A stretch of DNA of 64,000 nucleotides from NCBI GenBank assembly GCA_934489895.1, contig CAKSST010000007.1, positions 5,052 to 69,051 of the forward strand, written 5' to 3'. Positions 56,678 through 64,000 of this stretch are shown here, in pieces; the stretch's first letter is position 1, and each line of letters begins with the position of its first letter. The position numbers and the translations under genes were made by a program. The DNA comes from an uncultured Eubacteriales bacterium. GTDB lineage: Bacteria > Bacillota > Clostridia > Oscillospirales > Acutalibacteraceae. Under the pieces are notes generated by a model. The model searched no databases, was not told the DNA's origin, and saw nothing but the letters and a program-made list of their open reading frames with translations.

Positions 56678-59600
56678 ATGGATTTTTACAATCTTATATC
56701 TCAAAGCGCAGACTATATAAAATTACAGCAGGCAATTACAAAGCAACAACTTCCCGCTATGGCAGTAGGTCTTTGCCCTATACACAAGGCGCTTGTTATT
56801 TCGGCTCTTTGTAAAAGCACAGACCGCAAAGCCTTGGTTATAACAGCAGATGAAGCACAAAGCACAGCTCTAAGGCAAGACTTGTGTGAGCTCGGCTGTA
56901 AAACGTTAATGCTTCCTGTAATTGATTTATCTCTGCGCGATGTAGATGTAACCTCACACGACTATGAACAAGCCCGTACCGACACCCTCTTTAAACTTTT
57001 AAAGGGGGATTTCAGTGTGTGTATTGCGCCTGTTCAGGCGGCTTTAATGCTCACTGTGCCGCCCGATATTATTTTGCAAAATACGCTTACAATCAACGAA
57101 GGTGACACCTTAGATCCCGAAAAAATGGCAGGGCAGCTTATAGCGGCAGGCTATACACGATGTGATGCTGTTGACGGCGCAGGACAGTTTGCCATACGCG
57201 GCGGTATTGCTGATATTTACGGCGCAGGAAGTTCACAGCCTGTACGCATAGAGTTCTTTGGCGATACTGTTGATACCCTTTCATATTACGATAACTTTAC
57301 AGGCAGACGCACCGAAAAAATTAATCAGATAACATTACCGCCTGCAAAAGAAATTTTATGTGACACAAGCCTTGTTCTTGAACGGTTAGAAGGCTTATAC
57401 AATTCAAAACACAAGCTTTCGGATAAAGCAAAGCAACGTCTTATGCAGGATATTGATTTGTTGAAATCAGGCATATCTTTTCCCCTTGACAGACATTTCA
57501 ATCTGCTTTTTGACAACCCCTGCAGCTTGCTTGACTATTTGCCTGATGCAATGATGTTTGTAAGTGATATTGTAGGTATAGAACAACGACGCAAAAGCTA
57601 TGAAGCTTTATTCAATGAAGAATATGTTTCCTTGTTTGAGGACGGAATGATTGCCGAACGCAAACCGCATTATTTTTTGAGCAAGGACGAATTTGTCGCA
57701 CATCTTGAAAAGAAAGCAATCTATCTTGAAACCTTTTCCCGCTCAAATTTGGATACGTCTTTAAAAGAACTTATTACATTTTCAGCTCGTCAGTTGCCTT
57801 GCTTTTCGGGTGATATTAAAATACTTTGTGACGATATTACCGCAGTGCTGAAAAACGGTAATTCTGTTATTGTTATGGCGGGCGTTGAAAAAGCAGCTCT
57901 TAGCCTTTGCAGTGAGCTTGTGCATCAGGGCTTTGACGCAATATTTTCAGAAAATGACACCTTTAAAGCCGAAGGCGTAACGGTTGTTTGCGGCGGCCTT
58001 TCTTCGGGACTTGAACTTACCGACAGCAAGATTACAATATTTACCCATTCGGCTTTACGTCAACACTCAAAACGCCGTAAAGTGCCTAAAAATGCCGCTC
58101 CTTTGGGCTCACTTGAAGAATTGAAAGCAGGCGACTTTGTTGTGCACGCCGCCCACGGCATTGGTATATTCCAAGGTGTTCATCGCATAAACAATCACGG
58201 AGTTATTAAGGATTACATTAAAATTTCCTACGCTAAGGGTGATATTTTGTATGTACCCGTTATTCAGCTTGACAGTGTATCAAGATATATTGGAGCAAAG
58301 GATGACAGCCTTATAAAATTAAGCCGTCTTGGCACACAGGATTGGCAACGCGCGCGTACAAAGGTTAAAGCTGCAGTTAAAGACCTTGCCGATTCTCTAA
58401 TTAAGCTGTATGCAAAGCGTATGTCCCAAAAGGGTTATGCCTTTTCACCCGACAGCGATCTTCAACGCGATTTTGAATGCCGCTTTGAATATGAAGAGAC
58501 TGAAGACCAGCTGCGCTGCGCACAAGAAATCAAGGCAGATATGGAACGCGATGTGCCTATGGACCGACTACTTTGCGGTGACGTTGGATTTGGTAAAACA
58601 GAAGTAGCTCTTCGCGCCGCCTTTAAATGTATTTTAGACGGCAAGCAATGTGCGTTATTGGTGCCCACCACTATTCTTGCCTGGCAGCATTATCAGACTG
58701 CCGTGCGCCGTTTTGGTGAATTGCCCGTAAACACCGAAATGCTTTCCCGTTTTGTAATGCCCAAAAAACAAAAACAGGTGCTTGATAATCTTAAAGTTGG
58801 CGGTGTTGACCTTGTTATCGGCACACACAGAGCTATATCAAAGGATGTTCATTTCAGAGATTTAGGTTTGCTTATTATAGACGAAGAACAGCGCTTTGGC
58901 GTTGCTCAGAAAGAAAGCCTTAAAGAGAGATATCCCAACGTAGATATACTCACCCTTTCCGCAACACCTATCCCCCGCACACTTAATATGGCAGTATCTG
59001 GGCTTAGGGATATGTCCTCTCTTGACGAGGCACCTGAAGACCGTTTGCCTGTCCAGACCTATGTGCTTGAGCAGGATAACAACATTTTATATGAAGCCAT
59101 CAAGCGTGAGCTAAGACGCGGCGGGCAGGTTTATTATCTGCATAACCGCGTTGACAGCATATATGCCTGCGCATCCCGTATAAAAGCAGCACTGCCCGAA
59201 TGCCGCATTGAAGTTGCTCACGGCAAAATGGCAGAGGATGAGCTTTCAGGCGTGTGGGAAAGGCTTCTTTCTCACGAAATTGACGTTCTTGTTTGTACAA
59301 CCATAATTGAAACGGGTGTTGATGTACCTAACGCCAACACTTTGATTATTGAAAATGCAGATAAGTTCGGTCTGGCACAGCTTCATCAGCTGCGCGGCCG
59401 CGTCGGACGTTCACCCCGCCGCGCCTATGCTTATTTTTGTTTTAAGCACGGCGCCGCATTATCTGAAATTGCACAAAAAAGGCTTCAGGCAATACGTGAA
59501 TTTACCGAGTTCGGCTCAGGCTTTAAAATTGCAATGCGCGACCTTGAAATAAGGGGCGCGGGCGATTTGCTGGGCGCAAGCCAGCACGGTCATATGGCGG

Positions 59601-60121
59601 CGGTTGGTTATGATACGTATATAAAGCTGCTTGAAGAAAGCATACTTGAGCAAAAAGGCGAACTGCCAAAGACAAAGCCGCCCTGCATTATGGATCTTGA
59701 TATTTCAGCGCACATTCCCGAAAACTATATGCCCGCTCTTACCCACCGTTTGCATATGTACCGACGTATTGCAGACATTTGCAATAATGAACAGTACGAC
59801 GATGTTATGGAAGAGCTCTGCGACCGTTTCGGCGAGCCACCCAAACAGGTTATCGCTTTAATGGATATTGCCTTGCTTCGACGCAAAGCAGCCGATGTGG
59901 GAATTATTGAGATTAAACAGCTTGATGGGCAGATTAAATTTTTTGTTGAAAGCATAAAGCAAGAATACACTCTGGCGCTGTACGCTGAATTCGGTAAGCG
60001 TGTAAACATAGGCAACGCCGAAAGACCTTTCTACAGAATTGCCATAACACCCAAATACACGCCAAAGGATATTGTGTCACTTACAATAGATACATTTGCA
60101 TCCTGCACTGATAACAATTAA
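56678..60121 (+). CDS. mfd: Transcription-repair coupling factor
   Basis: 1147 aa. RNAP-interacting region (GDFVVHAAHGIG), helicase motifs (CGDVGFGKTEVALRAAF, LIIDEEQRFG, LSATPIPRT, QLHQLRGRVGRS), TRG motif and C-terminal domain. Confidence 0.95.
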   Translation: MDFYNLISQSADYIKLQQAITKQQLPAMAVGLCPIHKALVISALCKSTDRKALVITADEAQSTALRQDLCELGCKTLMLPVIDLSLRDVDVTSHDYEQARTDTLFKLLKGDFSVCIAPVQAALMLTVPPDIILQNTLTINEGDTLDPEKMAGQLIAAGYTRCDAVDGAGQFAIRGGIADIYGAGSSQPVRIEFFGDTVDTLSYYDNFTGRRTEKINQITLPPAKEILCDTSLVLERLEGLYNSKHKLSDKAKQRLMQDIDLLKSGISFPLDRHFNLLFDNPCSLLDYLPDAMMFVSDIVGIEQRRKSYEALFNEEYVSLFEDGMIAERKPHYFLSKDEFVAHLEKKAIYLETFSRSNLDTSLKELITFSARQLPCFSGDIKILCDDITAVLKNGNSVIVMAGVEKAALSLCSELVHQGFDAIFSENDTFKAEGVTVVCGGLSSGLELTDSKITIFTHSALRQHSKRRKVPKNAAPLGSLEELKAGDFVVHAAHGIGIFQGVHRINNHGVIKDYIKISYAKGDILYVPVIQLDSVSRYIGAKDDSLIKLSRLGTQDWQRARTKVKAAVKDLADSLIKLYAKRMSQKGYAFSPDSDLQRDFECRFEYEETEDQLRCAQEIKADMERDVPMDRLLCGDVGFGKTEVALRAAFKCILDGKQCALLVPTTILAWQHYQTAVRRFGELPVNTEMLSRFVMPKKQKQVLDNLKVGGVDLVIGTHRAISKDVHFRDLGLLIIDEEQRFGVAQKESLKERYPNVDILTLSATPIPRTLNMAVSGLRDMSSLDEAPEDRLPVQTYVLEQDNNILYEAIKRELRRGGQVYYLHNRVDSIYACASRIKAALPECRIEVAHGKMAEDELSGVWERLLSHEIDVLVCTTIIETGVDVPNANTLIIENADKFGLAQLHQLRGRVGRSPRRAYAYFCFKHGAALSEIAQKRLQAIREFTEFGSGFKIAMRDLEIRGAGDLLGASQHGHMAAVGYDTYIKLLEESILEQKGELPKTKPPCIMDLDISAHIPENYMPALTHRLHMYRRIADICNNEQYDDVMEELCDRFGEPPKQVIALMDIALLRRKAADVGIIEIKQLDGQIKFFVESIKQEYTLALYAEFGKRVNIGNAERPFYRIAITPKYTPKDIVSLTIDTFASCTDNN

Positions 60122-60129
60122 AGCAAACA

Positions 60130-60170
60130 AAAAACTGTATAGCCAAATAGCTATACAGTTTTTTGTTTTT
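60130..60170. terminator. Bidirectional intrinsic terminator (mfd / lipoprotein gene)
   Basis: Stem aaaaactgtatagc / gctatacagttttt followed by a T-run. Confidence 0.85.
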
Positions 60171-60182
60171 ATTTATTTAAAA

Positions 60183-61265
60183 TTAATATTTAATATTTTT
60201 AACCTTAAGACGCTTTATAACTAATTTTTTAGTTTTTGTTTCTAATGACTTTTTGGTTTCATCTATTTCATCCTCAAACTCTTCGCCCTTGATTACATAA
60301 AGCGCAGGGATGTACATTGTGTTCATATAATATGCATCGGCTGAAATATCCTTTTTAACCAACACCGCAATTGTATTGCCATCCTCAGAAGTATAAAGCT
60401 GTGCAGCGCCTGTCTTCATTGCATTAACGGTTGCATAGTAGTCGCTTGCGTAATCTGTCTCTTCTGAACCCATAACTGTTGCAAGTGTATCGGCGGGAGC
60501 GGTAGGAATACCGTTTTCGTCCTTTTCGATTTCTGTGTTTTCAGCAACAGCTGAGCCATAATACTCATTGTAAATTGTAAGAAAGCTTTCTCCCTTGTTA
60601 ATGCGTGCTACATAATCTGTCAGCTTTGCGGTTTCGCTAGACTTTTCTGTTTCGGTCATATCGGTTAAGTCAACTGCCAGAACATTGCCGAGCGCAAAGT
60701 TATTAAGTAATGTTTCATTAACGGTTTTTTCCTCAACGGGGGAAGAACCCTCTTTGCCGTAAATGCTCTCAAAATAAGCATTTGAAAGATAATCATAGCT
60801 TACGCATTTTGTATATGTATCCTTGCTTACGCCGTTAGGTTCAAACATATTGGAATAACCGTAAGAGTTCCAATAATAATCAACAAAGGTTTCAACCTCT
60901 TTTTTCTGTTCATCGGTAAGCTCAATATTGTTTTCCTTGCACTTTGTTAAAATAGCAGCATACTTCTCTAAGGTTTTTAGCGCTTCGTCCTCAACATAAT
61001 CAACAAAGTCCTTTTTATTGATTTTTTGTGAGTAATAATCAATCTCAGATGCATTATCTAAGGTTATACCCTCACCCAAAGAGTCAATAACTGTCTGACG
61101 GGCAGCCATATCTGCCTGAATGAGCGCATACAAATACTGTGCTGAGGTAAACTCAACGTCGCCTATTGTAACAGCTATTTCATCCTTAGAGTGTAAGCAG
61201 CCCGCCATACTGAAAACCATCAGTAATGCAAGCAGTAAGGCAGCTGTTCTTTTTATAAGTTTCAT
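60183..61265 (-). CDS. Lipoprotein, SurA/PrsA N-terminal-chaperone-like, without a recognisable parvulin domain
   Basis: Signal peptide plus lipobox (LLALLMVFSMAGC). IAVTIGDVEFTSAQYLYAL resembles the start of PrsA/SurA_N proteins. No PPIase signature seen. Start at MKLIKRT (RBS AAAGGAAC). Confidence 0.5.
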   Translation of the reverse strand: MKLIKRTAALLLALLMVFSMAGCLHSKDEIAVTIGDVEFTSAQYLYALIQADMAARQTVIDSLGEGITLDNASEIDYYSQKINKKDFVDYVEDEALKTLEKYAAILTKCKENNIELTDEQKKEVETFVDYYWNSYGYSNMFEPNGVSKDTYTKCVSYDYLSNAYFESIYGKEGSSPVEEKTVNETLLNNFALGNVLAVDLTDMTETEKSSETAKLTDYVARINKGESFLTIYNEYYGSAVAENTEIEKDENGIPTAPADTLATVMGSEETDYASDYYATVNAMKTGAAQLYTSEDGNTIAVLVKKDISADAYYMNTMYIPALYVIKGEEFEDEIDETKKSLETKTKKLVIKRLKVKNIKY

Positions 61266-61740
61266 AACAATCTGTTCCTTTCGCAAAATTTTGCCGAAAA
61301 AAGCATAAATTAACATATACAATTATACTCTATCAGGTTAAAAAAGTCCAGCACTAAATAATTAACAGAAAATAAACAAAAACCGCACCCTTTCGGATGC
61401 GGTTTTGCCGTTCTTGTGTGGGGCAAGAACGAAATATGGGGATGATTATGGGTGGGCAAAATTAGGGTTGAGCAAACAATCCTAACACCGTTTTTACAAG
61501 GCGGATTATCGCTCATTCTTTGTTAAAACACTCGTGAATTCATCAGTATTCACAGCGTCTTGTGACTTGGCTGAACAAAAATCCGCTCTTTAAAAAACCT
61601 TTGTACTCAAAGAGAAAAGATTTTGAGGGATTTTTATTTGAGTCAGTCACGGAAGTATTAAACCTTATAAGACTGAATTGGGTAAAAAGCACAGAAATAT
61701 GACTCTTTGATGCGATGTTGTGATTATTTTTTCTGCCCTT

Positions 61741-62565
61741 TTACACTAATCGCAAGGGATGTCCCTGCTTTTGTATACGTACGGTATACTCAGTATATTC
61801 CGCCGTTTCTTTTTTATTAAGCTTGGTGGATATACCTGATTCTTCTAAAGTATCTACCAGCTTATTAAGGCTGTTTATGAAAAGCCTTATATCTCCTACT
61901 GCACAGGTGCGCACGGGCGCGGGCGGCTCGGGTGACGGAGATATCTCTTTTTCAATTATTTCTTCGGTCTGGGCAACGCTCAATTGCTTTGCTATTACTG
62001 TATTTAAAAGCTCATTTCTTTTCTCTTCATCTTCAATGCGCAGTAGCGCGCGGGCGTGGCGTTCGCAAAGCCCTGCAGCCATTATTTTCTCCTGCTGACC
62101 TTTTGTCAGCTTTAACAGCCTTAGCTTATTGGCAAGAGTTGACTGTGCTATTCCCAGCCTTGCGCAAGCTGCGCTCTGCGTTAAACCGTAACGGTTTATA
62201 AGCATTGATATTGCCTGCGCCTCTTCAAAAATGTTTAAATCGCTTCTTTGCAGGTTTTCAATCACTGTCAGTATTGCGGCATTCTCATCATCAGCCTGAT
62301 AAATTATGCATGGCACCTGCTTTAGGTTTGCCATTGTTGCGGCCTTAAGGCGCCTGTGACCCGCAATAAGTTCATAGCCTTTCTTTTGGGGACGTACCAC
62401 AAGCGGTTGTAATATTCCGTTTTCGCGTATGCTTGCCGAAAGCTTCCACAGCTCATACTCGTCAAAGCTTTTGCGCGGCTGATTTGCAGACGGCTGTATA
62501 TCATCTACATTTATAAGCGCCAGCTTTCTACCGTCAACCGAATTGTTTTTTTGAGTAAATACCAA
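61741..62565 (-). CDS. noc: ParB-family nucleoid occlusion protein Noc-like
   Basis: ParB N-domain (ILQPLVVRP...YELIAGHRRLKAA), HTH (LTQSAACARLGIAQSTLANKLRLL), Noc-like C-terminus (GDIRLFINSLNKLVDTLEESGIS...EYTEYTVRI). Sits immediately after rsmG, as noc does in Bacillus. Confidence 0.75.
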   Translation of the reverse strand: MVFTQKNNSVDGRKLALINVDDIQPSANQPRKSFDEYELWKLSASIRENGILQPLVVRPQKKGYELIAGHRRLKAATMANLKQVPCIIYQADDENAAILTVIENLQRSDLNIFEEAQAISMLINRYGLTQSAACARLGIAQSTLANKLRLLKLTKGQQEKIMAAGLCERHARALLRIEDEEKRNELLNTVIAKQLSVAQTEEIIEKEISPSPEPPAPVRTCAVGDIRLFINSLNKLVDTLEESGISTKLNKKETAEYTEYTVRIQKQGHPLRLV

Positions 62566-62665
62566 GTCTTGTCCCCCCCTGCAAAATAATTATAGCTTGT
62601 AAAAAATATTTTTTCCACAAAAACCGTATGCCAAAAAAACCGTAAAAAATCAAAAAAGCAACCGA

Positions 62666-63376
62666 TTACAACGGTTGCTTTGAAATTTTTGCAAAACTTC
62701 TGGGATATTTTGTCGGAATTTGCGAAATCTTTTTAAATATTACAGTGCGACGCTGACCGATATTGGCTAAATCTTCACTGAAAATTTGCGGTTTATCTCC
62801 GCCGAGCAGCTTTATACCGCTCGCATTTTCAATTTCTTCATCTACGGCAGGGCCTTTCATTGCGGCAAAGCAACCACCAACCTTTACAAGCGGCAGACAA
62901 AGCTCACTTAATACCGACATATTTGCAACCGCGCGGGCAGTTACAATATCAAAGCTTTCACGCAAAAGCTTATTATGTCCTGCCTCTTCCGCGCGAGAAT
63001 GTAAAGCTGTAACCTTTAAACCCAGCTGTTGCGCCAACTGCGATAAAAACTGCACCCTTTTATTAAGGCTGTCAATAAGGGTAATTTCTGCTTTGGGACG
63101 CAATATTTTAATCACCATACCGGGAAAACCCGCGCCCGAGCCAACATCGCATATTTTTGTGCCGTCCTTTATATCAAGACGTGATGCAAAAAACATACAG
63201 TCAGCAAAATGCTTTAAAGCAACCTCCTGCTTTTCAGTTATGGCGGTAAGATTATATTTTTCGTTCTCCTGAACCAAAAAGCTGTAATATATCTCAAAGC
63301 GCCTCAGCGCATCAGAATCAACATTAAAGCCTCTTTTTTCACATTCCTCAATAACGGGAAGGAGTATATCTTTCAT
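62666..63376 (-). CDS. rsmG: 16S rRNA (guanine527-N7)-methyltransferase
   Basis: YNLTAI, DVGSGAGFPG, ITLIDSLNKR, VTARAVA. Start at MKDILLP after an AGGAGAA RBS. Confidence 0.9.
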   Translation of the reverse strand: MKDILLPVIEECEKRGFNVDSDALRRFEIYYSFLVQENEKYNLTAITEKQEVALKHFADCMFFASRLDIKDGTKICDVGSGAGFPGMVIKILRPKAEITLIDSLNKRVQFLSQLAQQLGLKVTALHSRAEEAGHNKLLRESFDIVTARAVANMSVLSELCLPLVKVGGCFAAMKGPAVDEEIENASGIKLLGGDKPQIFSEDLANIGQRRTVIFKKISQIPTKYPRSFAKISKQPL

Positions 63377-64000
63377 TGTTTGTTCTCCTGTCCTTTTCAA
63401 GCTTTATAAGCAGTACCGAAATATCCGCGGGGCTTACACCTGAAATACGCGATGCCTGACCTATGCTGCGGGGACGCACCTTGTTTAGTTTTTCTATTGC
63501 TTCAAGGCGCAGATTGCCTATAGCATTATAATCAATATCCTCTGGTATAATTTTTTCCTCCAACCGCTGTTGCTCTTTTATCTGCGCAAGCTGACGGTTG
63601 ATATAGCCCTCATACTTAATCTCGGTTTCAATTTTTTGGATTGTAATGTTATCAAGCTCAGTTGACTGCCTGTTAAAAGGCATAAGTCCCGCATAAGTAA
63701 CACCTGGACGGCGCAAAAGGTCGGCCAGTTTTGCGCCTGTCGAAAGCGGTGCAGAGCCGATGCTTTCGAGATAGGCATTAATCTCAGCGGTAGGTCCTAA
63801 TGTCACACTTTCAAGGCGCTCAATTTCCTGTTCCTTTTTTGCCTTTATATCACAAAACTTTTTCCAGACCTTATCGTCAATAAGACCAAGCTCTCTGCCT
63901 ATAGGCATCAATCGTTCATCAGCATTGTCCTGACGCAATACAAGGCGATACTCCGAGCGTGAGGTCATCATACGGTAGGGGTCCATACAGCCCTTTGTTA
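63348..64000 (-). CDS. mnmG: tRNA uridine 5-carboxymethylaminomethyl modification enzyme MnmG (C-terminal part; gene runs off the window)
   Basis: MTSRSEYRLVLRQDNADERL, IKYEGYI, and LNKVRPRSIGQASRISGVSPADISVLL are MnmG/GidA C-terminal motifs. The reading frame is open to the window edge. Confidence 0.9.
   Translation of the reverse strand, partial: TKGCMDPYRMMTSRSEYRLVLRQDNADERLMPIGRELGLIDDKVWKKFCDIKAKKEQEIERLESVTLGPTAEINAYLESIGSAPLSTGAKLADLLRRPGVTYAGLMPFNRQSTELDNITIQKIETEIKYEGYINRQLAQIKEQQRLEEKIIPEDIDYNAIGNLRLEAIEKLNKVRPRSIGQASRISGVSPADISVLLIKLEKDRRTNNERYTPSRY

Noticed and set aside
1-64000. Search for defence systems, prophage or mobile elements
   Set aside because: I recognised no integrase, transposase, recombinase, restriction-modification, toxin-antitoxin, cas, reverse-transcriptase or phage structural motif in any ORF. 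The only mobile-looking remnants are the DUF1273 + HTH islet and the AT-rich GT-C locus, both reported above.

Overview
This looks like a chromosomal segment from an endospore-forming Firmicute of Clostridia type. Sporulation genes are present: dpaA/dpaB, spoVAC, bofA and tepA-ftsK. The right end carries mnmG-rsmG-noc, the usual origin-proximal arrangement, so oriC probably lies a few kb beyond coordinate 64000. Most of the window is housekeeping: murC, rpe, addB-addA, ftsK, metG, tatD, trkA/trkH, azlCD, thrS behind a Thr T-box, and pth-mfd. I saw no transposase, integrase, cas, reverse transcriptase or phage structural gene, and no CRISPR array. The parts that deserve a second look are: (1) an orphan promoter-to-terminator unit (50840-51170) with no long ORF and four copies of a GTGAGTCC-type motif, two of them forming SD + ATG-TAC-stop mini-ORFs; (2) a GC-rich, strongly self-complementary ~195-nt element (50205-50400, minus strand) that is almost certainly a structured RNA of a class I cannot assign (some 6S-like features); (3) a tightly packed minus-strand operon (3361-9736) with duplicated SDR + quinone-oxidoreductase modules around a type-I-dehydroquinase-like gene, a serine hydrolase and a YitT protein, next to an AraC regulator; (4) a translationally coupled cupin-nitroreductase-TIGR04076-AlkD-like operon; (5) an 883-aa uncharacterised glycosidase-like gene apparently co-transcribed with T-box-controlled thrS, whose ThrS has only a vestigial TGS domain; (6) two apparently frameshifted genes, one GT-C-like membrane protein and one DUF1273/SLOG; (7) a MacB-type ABC ATPase with no permease but an overlapping 36-aa membrane ORF. 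All family assignments come from reading motifs by eye. No database search was run.
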